DNA of 64,000 nt from an uncultured bacterium (GCA_938092135.1 CALLJL010000019.1:27211-91210); one strand, 5' to 3'. Counted from the stretch's first letter, positions 42,723 to 52,774 are shown. The notes: generated by a model not told the origin, from the letters alone. Made by a program: numbers and translations.

Positions 42723-43685
42723 TTATTTCTTATTTCTCATTTCCAAATTCAACCTTAAATTTTCAGGGTAATAACCTTGAGCCACGAGATCACCAATTCC
42801 CTTCCTCACTACCGGCAAATCTTCCGCATAGGTTATGCCAAGCCATTTTTCATCAGTGGGTAGGCAAAAAACTTTAACTTTTCTTTGACGGAGTAATTCA
42901 CCAATAAATTCTGGAATGAGAAATTCAGCCTTAGGATCATGGCCATATTTATTAAGGAAATCGAAAAAACCAACTTGCAGCCAATTGAAAATGGAGGGAT
43001 CAAAACCCCAGAAATTCATTGAGACCACTTCCTCACCATCAAGATCAAGCCAGCCTCCGTCTTCGAGACGAGCTCTGGCTCCCCCTTCAGTTTTTTCAAT
43101 ATGCTTCATTTCCTGGATATCGCTTATTTCATCACCTTGAAGTTGACATAGGCCTCGGGAAACAGGACCAAAATCGGAAAGAGTTTGTTTTAAACGATAC
43201 CCAACTAAGGCATATTCCGGCTTTAAATCTTTTTCCCCAGCTTTAGTACTCGACCGCACCAGAAATTCAACCATTACCTCAAAGGCCCTCCGACCATAAA
43301 AATCATCAGCATTGATTACCGCGAAAGGTTCCTGCACCCTGTCTCTGGCCACCAGGAGAGCATGGCCTGTTCCCCAGGGTTTGCTCCGCTGTAAATTCTC
43401 AGGCCAGCCCATAGGTAAAAGCGAATCGAGTTCCTGATAAATATAATCGACCTCAAAAAAACCTTCCCAGAAATGACCGATAATTGCCCTAAAATCAGCT
43501 TCAATTTCGCGGCGAATAACAAAGATTATTTTTTTGAAACCAGCTTGAAAGGCGTCATACAGAGAATAATCAATAATGGTTTCGCCCTTTGGACCAACAT
43601 GACTAAGTTGTTTTATACCACCAAAGCGACTACCAATGCCGGCAGCAAGAACAATTAAGGAAATTTTAGCCTTTTCTTTCACCAT
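42723..43685 (-). CDS. Sugar-phosphate nucleotidyltransferase
   Basis: LAAGIGSRFGGIKQ, KPWGTGHA, VINADDFYG, VSRG, VSMNFWGF, W.GITY.ED. Confidence 0.88.
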   Translation of the reverse strand: MVKEKAKISLIVLAAGIGSRFGGIKQLSHVGPKGETIIDYSLYDAFQAGFKKIIFVIRREIEADFRAIIGHFWEGFFEVDYIYQELDSLLPMGWPENLQRSKPWGTGHALLVARDRVQEPFAVINADDFYGRRAFEVMVEFLVRSSTKAGEKDLKPEYALVGYRLKQTLSDFGPVSRGLCQLQGDEISDIQEMKHIEKTEGGARARLEDGGWLDLDGEEVVSMNFWGFDPSIFNWLQVGFFDFLNKYGHDPKAEFLIPEFIGELLRQRKVKVFCLPTDEKWLGITYAEDLPVVRKGIGDLVAQGYYPENLRLNLEMRNKK

Positions 43686-43837
43686 TTTTAAAAATGCCTG
43701 TTAAAAATGCCCTGGCTAAAAATTATTTTTTCCAAATAAGTCTTCCCAAGGCAACAATTGTCGCCTAAAAGGCAAGCGACTCTTTAATCGATTTTTCTTT
43801 ATAACATAGCATGAAAAAAAGAGTCAAAAAATTAAAA

Positions 43838-43866
43838 TTGCTGAAGATAAAGATTTTTGTTATAAT
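43838..43866 (+). promoter_or_regulatory. Sigma70 promoter with extended -10
   Basis: TTGCTG-17nt-TATAAT preceded by TGT; GGAGG and ATG (43898) follow. Confidence 0.6.
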
Positions 43867-43897
43867 TGCCAATCAAAAAATAAAGGGAGGTAAGAAT

Positions 43898-44137
43898 ATG
43901 GGAAAATATTTGGCCATTATCTTGGGTATTGTGGCTATGGCCGCAGGGATTTTTCTGGTTATTTTTGTCTGGTGGCGAGAATTTTATGAACTCGTCTTCG
44001 GCTGTATTCCGCCGCTTTTATTTTTTGGTGGCCTCATTGCGGTTATTGCCGGAATTAGCAGCATCAAGGATGCCATCCGCACCAAGAAGCTTGAGGAGGA
44101 GGCTAAAAAAGAAGCTGAAAAAAAAGAAGCTAACTGA
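43898..44137 (+). CDS. Small two-TM membrane protein
   Basis: GGAGG RBS, MGKYLAII..., two hydrophobic helices and a charged tail. Confidence 0.75.
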   Translation: MGKYLAIILGIVAMAAGIFLVIFVWWREFYELVFGCIPPLLFFGGLIAVIAGISSIKDAIRTKKLEEEAKKEAEKKEAN

Positions 44138-44329
44138 TCAAAATAGAAATATTCTTTTTTTCTAACCACCTCCCTTTAAAATTTAAGATATCATCAGAAA
44201 CCTATTTAAATTTAATCTAATTTTTTTGTTTGAGGTTTGGCTTTTAGAAAAATTTCAAAATAAAGCTTTCTAGTCTTTAAGTTTTTTTCTTTCTTGAAAT
44301 TTACAGTAAAAAGAAAGGATTTTTTTCTA

Positions 44330-44380
44330 TTGACAGGACCTTAGAAATTTAGTAGTTTGTAATCAGCTTACAAATTACAG
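44330..44380 (+). promoter_or_regulatory. Sigma70 promoter with overlapping inverted repeat
   Basis: TTGACA-17nt-TAGTTT; TTTGTAA-N5-TTACAAA at 44356-44374. Confidence 0.55.
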
Positions 44381-44390
44381 GAGGCCAGCG

Positions 44391-44753
44391 ATGGATGGCG
44401 AGAAAGAAAAGGACCAGATAGCGGCTAAAATTGATGAATTTGAGTCCCAGGTAGAAAAATTAACAATAAAGCCTACCTCTTCGATTAAAAAAGTTATCGA
44501 TCAGGCTCTGGCCAATCGAAATATAGTCCTGACCATCCGGGTTAACGAAGAAAGCAACAAAAAACTCAACATGCTGGTTGATGCCGGCCTGTTTAAAAGT
44601 CGCTCTGAAAGCGCTGCCTTCTTGATTGAAGAGGGTATTCGTAGCCAAGCTCCGCTATTTAAAAAAATTACAGAACGACTTGAAAAAATCGATCGTATCC
44701 GCGAAGAACTCAAAAATATTGTCACTGAGGAAATGGAAAAGGCCAAAGATTAA
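44391..44753 (+). CDS. Ribbon-helix-helix (CopG-like) domain protein
   Basis: VLTIRVNEE..KKLNMLVDAGLFKSRSESAAFLI pattern plus C-terminal coiled coil; GGAGG RBS. Confidence 0.65.
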   Translation: MDGEKEKDQIAAKIDEFESQVEKLTIKPTSSIKKVIDQALANRNIVLTIRVNEESNKKLNMLVDAGLFKSRSESAAFLIEEGIRSQAPLFKKITERLEKIDRIREELKNIVTEEMEKAKD

Positions 44754-45225
44754 AAAGATTTTCATCGGCCTGGGTTCGGAGAGAAAGTCAACCTTGGTTC
44801 GATTAATCAATTTCATTTTTCCCCTTTCTTTAACCCTTCTTACCTTTACTTCAAGAAATATTGAAAAGGCTTTTCTCCAGAACAATGCCTCCATCCTGGC
44901 CGCTATCTGTCAACCTAATTCTATTATCCAGGTTTCCCTCCCCGAGCCTATCGGTTTCTCTGATGTCCTTACTCCCGGCCAAATAAAAGTTTTTTTTGAA
45001 AGAATTTTTGCCCAATTTCCCACCTTTGAATTCTTTATTGAATCTCCCTTTCCTTTGTTTTTATCAAGCGACCGCTGGTTCATTCGAGCCCGTTGGTCTT
45101 TCCTGGAAAAAAAGAGTCTCGAGCAACATGTTCTCAGAATTTATTTCCAGGTTCAAGCAACAGGAAAACTTCAGAAAAGAGGAGGCGAATGGAAAATAAT
45201 CGAGATTCGGGCCGAAAAGATTTAA
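44626..45225 (+). CDS. Hypothetical secreted protein (NTF2/DUF4783-like); true start probably downstream
   Basis: Hydrophobic stretch, then IEKAF..NASIL, QIKVFFERIF, WKIIEI; overlaps the kinase start. Confidence 0.45.
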   Translation: MKRVFVAKLRYLKKLQNDLKKSIVSAKNSKILSLRKWKRPKIKKIFIGLGSERKSTLVRLINFIFPLSLTLLTFTSRNIEKAFLQNNASILAAICQPNSIIQVSLPEPIGFSDVLTPGQIKVFFERIFAQFPTFEFFIESPFPLFLSSDRWFIRARWSFLEKKSLEQHVLRIYFQVQATGKLQKRGGEWKIIEIRAEKI

Positions 45226-48200
45226 GGCCGGAATTTTCCATCAAGACGGTCAGACCTCTCTTGTGGCTTTCCCTGGCCTTGGCTTTCATCAGCGGTCTCT
45301 GTTTTTTGGGATCAGCCTTAATTCCCAACGGGCATTTAAAATATCAAACTTCAGCTAGCTTAGAGGCCCTTAAAAAACAGGAACGGTCCATTAAGAATCA
45401 ATTTGAAAGCCTTATTTCCAACCTCAAATATAAGGGTCATTCCCTAGCCACGACTTTGCCCCAGGAAATACCAGAAATTCATCAGGCGCTTTTCTCTCTA
45501 CATCTTAATCCTGAAATCGAGGGGGTAGCTTATTTAATTGAAGACTCAATTATTCTTTGGCGCGGCCAGATGATTCCTGCATCTTTGCTTCCGCCCGCTG
45601 ATAAAATTACTCATGTTATTCGTTATAAGGCCAGCATTTATCTCGTCGCTTCTTTTCCGGTGAGGGAAAAAGAAAAGTTAGTAATCCTACATCTTCTTTC
45701 TTTTCAACCTCCCCTAACCACTTCCCTACTCAGCTCCTATTCTTTTATTAAAGCAAAGGATCTGACTAATGCCCTTATTGAATTTTATAGTGAGGAAGAT
45801 GATGTCTCTGGCTTTGAAAAAATCTTTTTTCGCCATCACGACGAATATATCAGCCAGCCGAGATCGAGAACCGATATATTGACCATCTTTTTCCCCCTCC
45901 GCAATGAGGCTCGAAGAATTGTGGCCACAGTCAATCTTCGTTCAGTTAACCCAGCTTTTAGCCTCAGTGAGCAAAGAAGCCGTTGGCTGCTGGCTGCCTG
46001 GATCAATCTTTTTCTATCTTTTTCTTTTTTCACCTTAATGGGATTATTTGCTTGGAAAAAGTCTAAATATCAATCGACTGGCAATCTCATTATTTTTCTT
46101 TTTGGGCTTATTTCCCTCCGACTGGTTTTTCTACCCCTTAAAACTTATTTTGATATTAAAACCTCCCTGTTTTCGCCCGGAAAAGCGTCTATTCCTGCTC
46201 TTAACCACCTTTTAGCCTCACCCCTTGATATTTTTTTGACCTCGGCATTGATTTTCGCCTGTCTCTTTTTTCTTATTTACAATTGGCGTCATATCTTTCC
46301 TCTCGACACGCCAAGCCCATCTAGGGGAAGTAAAAAAGGCTTGGCTCTTATCCTCGTTATTACCTCGTCCCTTCCTCTTTATCTTTTTTATAAAATCGCG
46401 CTCGCTTTCATCCTTAATAGCAATCTAAACCTAATCAAAATCTCTCCTTTCTCGTCCTCCCTCTTACTTCTTTTAGCCCTTAGCTTCATTTTTCTGACCG
46501 CAATTTTAATAAGCGGAATTTTTTTAATTGTGGCCAGAAAGCTCTGGTTTCACCCTTTTCCCCTCTGGCTTATTTTTATTCCTCTACTTTTGCTTTTTAT
46601 CCTCTTTTATGGTAAAGCCCAATTATCTCTGGTCAAAGGCTTAGTCCTTTCTCTCATTTTCTTTGGAATTTATTTAGGGCTCTTTAAACCCCCTTTTCGC
46701 TTCCGATCAGGTTATCGGCTAACCCTTCTGGCGTTATCCTCAATCTTTTTCTATATAATTCTTGCCTCTGGCACCTCAATAAAAGAAACAATCTTGACAG
46801 AAAGCTATCTCCGGAATTCAATTATTTCCCTTGAAAATTGGGCTCAGTACTTGCTCCAGGAATCACTTCCATCCATTGACAATGAAAAAGAAGCCATTCT
46901 GGATTGCCTGCTCAAGGGAGATCAAAACGATCTGGCCGCTTATCTCTGGAGGAAAACCTCTCTAGCCCGTTGGAACTGGTATTCAAGCCTTGAAATAAGC
47001 CGACCTAACGGCGAGGTATTATCCCGTTATTCCCTGAATCTACCCTTTTTTTTCCGGACTCCTTTTTCCTTTGAGCCGAGTCAGGATTGGTCACTTTTGA
47101 GGGTGAGTCTTCCTTTGCCGGGAAAGGTAGCAGATTTTCTTATTGCCTATCGGGATTTTGAGCATGGAGGAAATAAGGTCGGGCGGCTATCTCTTTATGT
47201 CCTTTTAAACGAAGAAATCCTTCCTTTCCTTTATTCAGCTATTCCTTATTTTGACCTCCTGCGCTTTCCCTCTGTTCCATCTTTAAAGGAGTTTAATTTC
47301 AGCTTGGCTATTTTTAAAACCGATGGAGAAATTATTTTTAATCCGGCCCGGCTAACCACCGGAATACCGGTGGAAATTCTAAAAAGATTGAAGGATCATC
47401 CTGGAAATCCCTTTTGGTCTATCCTGTCTGACCGCCGTAGGAAATTTCGGGTCTTTTATTTTGGCCATGGCGAAAAGATTGTGGCTCTACTCTGGCCTTT
47501 ACCTGGATTCATCTCGGTGGCTGTGGGCTATCTAAAAATCCTGTTGATACTGACAATTTTGATTTATTTACCTTTATTTATTAGCGATATGATCACCGGA
47601 AGGCGCCGTCTGGCCTCCCTTTTCTGGGCTTTTTCAAGCCGTATTTATGCTTCCTTTATAGCCATAATTCTTATTATGCTCATCCCCTTTATTTTTCTTA
47701 TTAATAGCTTTTTCAACCGCCTGGCCACAGAGAGGTTTAGGGAAAAGGCGGAGATTCAGGCTCAGGTTGCCCGAAACATCATCGAAGACTTTCTCGTCCT
47801 GCAGGAGGAGGAAACTCCCTTTGTTCCTGTTCAGGACCTTGTTCATTGGATAAGTACAGCGATTAATAATGATGTCAATATTTATCAAGGCGGGGTTCTT
47901 GTCGCTTCCAGCCGCCAGGAGTTTTTTGACCTGGGCCTTTTGCCTGATTACCTTGAAGGCGAAATTGCCTATCGTCTTAACTATGAACGGCAACCCTATG
48001 TTGTTTGGAGAAAAAAAATCGGCAATTACTCGTTTCAAACTCTGACCCTTCCTTTATATCTAAACAATTCGAATTTCTTTATTACTCTCTTTTTCCCTTT
48101 TGAACGTGAAGAGATAGGCCGAGCTCGGGAGCAGTTACTTGAATTTCTGGCTTTTATCTCTGCCTTTTCTCTAATTCTTATTTCTCTCTTCGCCCGCAGT

Positions 48201-49046
48201 ATAGGCTCCCTTGTTATAAATCCCATCCGAAAGCTCCTTCTGGCCACAAAAGAAGTAAGCTCAGGCAATCTCGATATTCGCATTGACCATCATGGTCACG
48301 ATGAGATGCAAACCCTCATCGATGGTTTTAACCGCATGGTTCAGAGTCTCAAGCAGCACGAAAAAGAACTTGCAGAAATGAGCAAAAAGGCAGCCTGGGC
48401 CGAAATGGCTCGAAAAGTTGCCCATGAGGTCAAAAATCCCTTGACTCCCATAAGACTTTCCGCTGAACACCTTTTGCATGTCTATGAAGAAAGACCTCAA
48501 GAAATCGGGCCAGCTTTAAAGGAAGCGGTCGCCTATATAATTAAAGAAGTAGAAAACCTGCGACGTTTGGCCCAAGACTTTCTGACCTTTTCCCGGGAAG
48601 GCCCCCTCCATAAAACTTACTTTGAGCTTAATCAATTATTGAAAGAAATAACTTCTCCCTACGAAAGAATTCTGGCCGATCGTATCAACTTTGAATTTAA
48701 TTTAGCCTGTCCCTTAACTTTAATGGGTGATCAGGAGAAACTTAAAATCGCTTTCCGCAATCTTATTGTCAATGCTATTGAAGCAATTAAAGGCAAAGGA
48801 ATAATTAAAATTCAAGCTACCCGTGAAGGCTCCTTCTTTAATATTGAAATAATCGATAATGGTGAAGGCATGGATGAAACCACTTTAAGACTTATCTTTG
48901 AACCCCATTTTTCCACCAAAGATCTGGGGACAGGGCTTGGCTTACCGATCTCGAAAAAAATAATTGAAGATCATGGTGGTCAAATAATCATTAGAAGCTC
49001 TCCAGGCCAGGGAACTTGCGTTAAAATTGTCTTACCTGCGGGCTAA
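45189..49046 (+). CDS. Large multi-TM sensor histidine kinase (HAMP-HisKA-HATPase, NtrY-like)
   Basis: AWAEMARKVAHEVKNPLTPI, NLIVNAIEA, DNGEG, FEPHFSTK..GTGLGL, HGG; HAMP PIRKL..GNL..DEM; many TM helices. ATG at 45189 follows GGAGG (ORF track starts at 45093). Confidence 0.9.
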   Translation: MENNRDSGRKDLRPEFSIKTVRPLLWLSLALAFISGLCFLGSALIPNGHLKYQTSASLEALKKQERSIKNQFESLISNLKYKGHSLATTLPQEIPEIHQALFSLHLNPEIEGVAYLIEDSIILWRGQMIPASLLPPADKITHVIRYKASIYLVASFPVREKEKLVILHLLSFQPPLTTSLLSSYSFIKAKDLTNALIEFYSEEDDVSGFEKIFFRHHDEYISQPRSRTDILTIFFPLRNEARRIVATVNLRSVNPAFSLSEQRSRWLLAAWINLFLSFSFFTLMGLFAWKKSKYQSTGNLIIFLFGLISLRLVFLPLKTYFDIKTSLFSPGKASIPALNHLLASPLDIFLTSALIFACLFFLIYNWRHIFPLDTPSPSRGSKKGLALILVITSSLPLYLFYKIALAFILNSNLNLIKISPFSSSLLLLLALSFIFLTAILISGIFLIVARKLWFHPFPLWLIFIPLLLLFILFYGKAQLSLVKGLVLSLIFFGIYLGLFKPPFRFRSGYRLTLLALSSIFFYIILASGTSIKETILTESYLRNSIISLENWAQYLLQESLPSIDNEKEAILDCLLKGDQNDLAAYLWRKTSLARWNWYSSLEISRPNGEVLSRYSLNLPFFFRTPFSFEPSQDWSLLRVSLPLPGKVADFLIAYRDFEHGGNKVGRLSLYVLLNEEILPFLYSAIPYFDLLRFPSVPSLKEFNFSLAIFKTDGEIIFNPARLTTGIPVEILKRLKDHPGNPFWSILSDRRRKFRVFYFGHGEKIVALLWPLPGFISVAVGYLKILLILTILIYLPLFISDMITGRRRLASLFWAFSSRIYASFIAIILIMLIPFIFLINSFFNRLATERFREKAEIQAQVARNIIEDFLVLQEEETPFVPVQDLVHWISTAINNDVNIYQGGVLVASSRQEFFDLGLLPDYLEGEIAYRLNYERQPYVVWRKKIGNYSFQTLTLPLYLNNSNFFITLFFPFEREEIGRAREQLLEFLAFISAFSLILISLFARSIGSLVINPIRKLLLATKEVSSGNLDIRIDHHGHDEMQTLIDGFNRMVQSLKQHEKELAEMSKKAAWAEMARKVAHEVKNPLTPIRLSAEHLLHVYEERPQEIGPALKEAVAYIIKEVENLRRLAQDFLTFSREGPLHKTYFELNQLLKEITSPYERILADRINFEFNLACPLTLMGDQEKLKIAFRNLIVNAIEAIKGKGIIKIQATREGSFFNIEIIDNGEGMDETTLRLIFEPHFSTKDLGTGLGLPISKKIIEDHGGQIIIRSSPGQGTCVKIVLPAG

Positions 49047-49186
49047 ATCTGTTGAAATAAGAATTCAAAGCCGATTTATTATAAAGAAAAATTTCTTTAA
49101 ATTTTTTTGAATGGGCTAAAAGAGCTCTGGAAAAGCCAAAGAAAATGTTGTAAAAAAGGGAAAAAATATTTTTAGGAAAGAAAACG

Positions 49187-49687
49187 ATGGCCAAAATTCT
49201 GGTAACTTACTTTAGTCTGACTGGTAACACCAAAAAGGTGGCTGAAGCTATTTTTGAAGCTTTACCCGAGGAGAAGCAAATTTTACCCCTTGAGGAAGTT
49301 AAAAATGTCGATGATTATGATCTCCTCTTTATTGGTTTTCCTGTCCACAGCCACTCGGTCCCCTATAAAGTGGAAAGTTTTTTAAAAAAGTTGCCTCCTG
49401 GAAAAAAAGTCGCTTTCTTTTCCACCCATGGTTCCTTGACCGGCAGTGAACTTTCAAGACAGGCTATTGAATACGCAATATCCATCACTTCTCAGGCTAA
49501 AATTGTCGGAACCTTTTCCTGTCGGGGACGCCTCTCCCAAGCCGCTCTTGAAATTTTACGGCGCTCACCAGAGCACGAAGCCTGGGTAGATATGGCGGCT
49601 TCAGCCTTTCATCACCCCGATGAGAATGATCTTGAGGATGCCCGAGCCTTTGCTCGTTGGGTGATGACTCTTTACCCTTTAAAATAG
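49187..49687 (+). CDS. Flavodoxin family protein
   Basis: YFSLTGNTKKVAEAI, FIGFP, FSTHG, FSCRG, HPDENDL. Confidence 0.85.
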   Translation: MAKILVTYFSLTGNTKKVAEAIFEALPEEKQILPLEEVKNVDDYDLLFIGFPVHSHSVPYKVESFLKKLPPGKKVAFFSTHGSLTGSELSRQAIEYAISITSQAKIVGTFSCRGRLSQAALEILRRSPEHEAWVDMAASAFHHPDENDLEDARAFARWVMTLYPLK

Positions 49688-49741
49688 ATAGGAGCGATAA
49701 ATTCAGCTTTAAGAAAAACCAAAGGTTTCATAATTTTTAAT

Positions 49742-49966
49742 TCAGCGACCAAGAAATTTAAAAATTAACCAGAGCAGAAAACTTAGTCCCAAGCTCAATA
49801 AAAGACACGTAGTTAGGGGAAAAATAAAGGTAAAATTTTCTCTTTTAATGATTATGTCGCCGGGAAGATGACCAAGCCATCTTATTTTCCCAGCCAGATT
49901 GAAAATTAAACCCAAAAAAAGGAAGAAGAAGCCGATCAGAAAGAAGAAATAGCTTAAAGGTTTCAT
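49742..49966 (-). CDS. DUF2905 small membrane protein
   Basis: LGHLPGDIIIKRENFTFIFPLTTCLLLS. Confidence 0.85.
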   Translation of the reverse strand: MKPLSYFFFLIGFFFLFLGLIFNLAGKIRWLGHLPGDIIIKRENFTFIFPLTTCLLLSLGLSFLLWLIFKFLGR

Positions 49967-49990
49967 TCTCCCTTTATTCCTCCTTGAACA

Positions 49991-50425
49991 CTAAGTTTCT
50001 TCTCCTTTTTCTTCCTCTTCCTTCTTTTCTTTAAGCTCAATCAAAACCCCGTTTAAAACTTTGGGATGGACAAAAACGATTTGACTCCCACCAGCTCCGG
50101 GGAGAGGACAATCGGTAAGAAAAGAAAGGCCTTGCTCTTTCAATTCGACCATAGCCTTCTTTAAATCTTTCACTTGAAAACAAAGATGATGGATGCCCTC
50201 CCCTCGATTCGCGAGGAATTTTCTTACGGGACTATCCTCTCCAAAAGGACTGATAAGTTCGATGGCTGGACCTTCTTCGGGGAAAAGATAGGCTACCCTT
50301 ACTCCCCGACTGGGCAGAATTTCAATTTCGCTGAAATTAAAATTAAAGACCTTGGCCCATTTTTTTAGGCTTAATTCGAGTTCTTCCACTGCAATCCCTA
50401 TATGGTCAAATTTTTTTATGGTCAT
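49991..50425 (-). CDS. mce: Methylmalonyl-CoA epimerase
   Basis: DHIGIAV, IELISP, KFL..RGEGIHHLCF, GAGG..IVFVHPK..GVLIEL. Confidence 0.88.
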   Translation of the reverse strand: MTIKKFDHIGIAVEELELSLKKWAKVFNFNFSEIEILPSRGVRVAYLFPEEGPAIELISPFGEDSPVRKFLANRGEGIHHLCFQVKDLKKAMVELKEQGLSFLTDCPLPGAGGSQIVFVHPKVLNGVLIELKEKKEEEEKGEET

Positions 50426-50437
50426 TCGTCTTTCCTT

Positions 50438-51433
50438 TTATTTTTCTTTTTTTCCAATAATTTTTTTACACATAAGATCAGCAGCTGTATAAGGATCGAT
50501 TTCACCGGCCATAATTTTTTCTACCTGGGAATCAAATTCTTTGGGCGGAAAAGCTTCCCAGAGCAGGGAAGCAAGTTTTTCCCGGATTACTTCCCGTAAA
50601 AGCCAGCCAGTGAGTTTCTTCCTGCGCCGGATAATAGATTCCTGATCTCTTTGCTGAATAAGAGCTTTTATCGTAGCCTGAAGGGTTTCAATTCCCTCAC
50701 CTTTGGTGGCGACAGTCTTCACGATGGGCGGCAAGGAATCGCCTGAACCAGCCAGCTCCAACATACTCCTTAATTGTCTTTCCGCGCGCTCGGCTTCAGG
50801 CAAATCGGCTTTGTTAAGGACAAAAAGATCACCTATTTCCATCACTCCGGCTTTAAAAGCCTGAATTTCGTCTCCAGCCTGAGGAGTTAAAATTACAGCG
50901 ACGAGGTCAGAATACCGGACGATATCAACCTCGTCCTGACCAACCCCAACAGTTTCTACAAAAATATATTTCTTGCCTGCAGCTTCAAGAATAGCGATGG
51001 CCTCGCCTGTAGCCTTGGCCAAACCTCCGAGATAACCCCTGGTGGCCATGCTTCGGATAAAAACACCCTCATCACAGCTATGGCGCATCATCCTTATTCG
51101 ATCGCCCAAGATGGCCCCGCCAGTGAAGGGACTTGAGGGATCTACCGCAATGACGCCCAATGGAATCTTCTCCTCTCTGAATTTTTCTATAAGCTGATCA
51201 ACTAAGGTGCTCTTGCCCGTTCCAGGAGCACCTGTAATTCCAATAACCACACCTTCTTTCCGCATAAGATAAATTCTCTTCATTAATTCGTCGGCCCCTG
51301 GTTCATTGTTTTCGACCAGAGAAATGGCCTGACCAATTGCTCTGGGCTCGCCCCGGCAAATGCCCGCAATAAGACCATCAAGATTCTTAGAAAAATTCTG
51401 TTCGCCTATTTTCTGGCTTAATCTTTTCGTCAT
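50438..51433 (-). CDS. meaB: Methylmalonyl-CoA mutase-associated GTPase MeaB/ArgK
   Basis: GITGAPGTGKST, AVDPSSPFTGGAILGDRIRM, FIRSMATRG, ETVGVGQDE, NKAD. Confidence 0.93.
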   Translation of the reverse strand: MTKRLSQKIGEQNFSKNLDGLIAGICRGEPRAIGQAISLVENNEPGADELMKRIYLMRKEGVVIGITGAPGTGKSTLVDQLIEKFREEKIPLGVIAVDPSSPFTGGAILGDRIRMMRHSCDEGVFIRSMATRGYLGGLAKATGEAIAILEAAGKKYIFVETVGVGQDEVDIVRYSDLVAVILTPQAGDEIQAFKAGVMEIGDLFVLNKADLPEAERAERQLRSMLELAGSGDSLPPIVKTVATKGEGIETLQATIKALIQQRDQESIIRRRKKLTGWLLREVIREKLASLLWEAFPPKEFDSQVEKIMAGEIDPYTAADLMCKKIIGKKEK

Positions 51434-51448
51434 CTTTTTTCCTAGAAA

Positions 51449-52594
51449 TTAATATTCAGCAAGGATTTTTTGAGCAATTATCCAACGCTGAATTTCTGAG
51501 GTGCCCTCACCGATTGTGGCCAGCTTTGCATCTCGATAAAATTTTTCTACGGGATAATCTTTGGTAAAACCATAGCCGCCGAAAATTTGAACCGCCATGG
51601 ACGAGGCTCTGACAGCCAGCTCACTCGAAAAAAGTTTAGCCATGGCCGATTCCTTAGGTATCTTCTGTCCAAGATCTTCGAGATAGGCCGCCTTAAGAGT
51701 TAGTAATCGGGCAGCCTCTAGCTCGGTAAAACCATCAGCTAGCATCCATTGAATAGCCTGAAAATTAATAATTGGTTGATTAAACTGAACTCGTTGACGG
51801 GCGTAGGCTAAACTGGCCTCAAGGGCGCCAGCAGCGATACCTAAAGAAAAAGCGGCAATACTTACTCTGCCCCCGTCCAGGACAGACATAGCGGCTCGAT
51901 AACCTGTTCCCTCCGGGCCAAGAAGATTTTCAGCAGGCACCTCCACATCTTCAAAAATTAATTCGGCTGTATCGGCAGCTCTAATACCCAGCTTATTTTC
52001 TTTTTTCCCCACTTTGAACCCCTTCATCCCTTTCTCCAAGATAAAAGCTGAAATGCCATTACGGCCCTTTTCTGGCTCAGTTACGGCCATAACGACTACA
52101 ATTTGGGCAAGGGAACCATTGGTGATAAACATCTTTGAGCCATTGAGAATCCAGTAATCTCCCTTTTTTATCGCCCTTGTTTTTATGGCCGCAGCATCGG
52201 AGCCTGCTTCAGCTTCAGTTAAAGCCCAGGCACCGAGGGTCTCTCCCGAAACCAGCCGGGGTAAATATTTTCTTTTCTGGGCTTCATTACCAAATAAATT
52301 AATATGATTGCAACAAAGGGAATTATGAGCGGCCACTACCAGGCCAACGGCGGGATCAACCTTGGATATTTCTTCAAGAATAAGCACATAATCAACATTG
52401 GATAAGCCGGCTCCATTGTATTCAGAAGGAATAATAATACCGAGAAGTCCCATTTCACCAAGCTTTTGGGTTAAATTAGCCGGCCATTCGCCTTTCTCGT
52501 CACTTTCTTTAATGAGTGGCCTGATTTCCTTTTCAGCAAAATGACGGATCGTTTCTTTCAGAGCCTTTTGGTCTTCAGTTAATCTAAAATCCAT
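51449..52594 (-). CDS. Acyl-CoA dehydrogenase (short/branched-chain type)
   Basis: [48 protein letters not shown]. Confidence 0.93.
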   Translation of the reverse strand: MDFRLTEDQKALKETIRHFAEKEIRPLIKESDEKGEWPANLTQKLGEMGLLGIIIPSEYNGAGLSNVDYVLILEEISKVDPAVGLVVAAHNSLCCNHINLFGNEAQKRKYLPRLVSGETLGAWALTEAEAGSDAAAIKTRAIKKGDYWILNGSKMFITNGSLAQIVVVMAVTEPEKGRNGISAFILEKGMKGFKVGKKENKLGIRAADTAELIFEDVEVPAENLLGPEGTGYRAAMSVLDGGRVSIAAFSLGIAAGALEASLAYARQRVQFNQPIINFQAIQWMLADGFTELEAARLLTLKAAYLEDLGQKIPKESAMAKLFSSELAVRASSMAVQIFGGYGFTKDYPVEKFYRDAKLATIGEGTSEIQRWIIAQKILAEY

Positions 52595-52736
52595 CTTTTC
52601 TCCTTTGCCGAAAATTTCTTTCCTTTTTCATCTTACTCAACCTCTTTCCATCCTTCAAGGCCATAAAAAAGTCATTTTAGACAATTTATAGCTCTTCTTT
52701 AAAGTCAAAAATAAGCCAGATAAAAAATGAACCGAG

Positions 52737-52765
52737 TTGACAGAGGAAAGTTCTTCGGTTAAAGT
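52737..52765 (+). promoter_or_regulatory. Sigma70 promoter of the YHS gene (possibly leaderless)
   Basis: TTGACA-17nt-TAAAGT, ending 9 nt before ATG 52775. Confidence 0.55.
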
Positions 52766-52774
52766 CTGAAAGAA

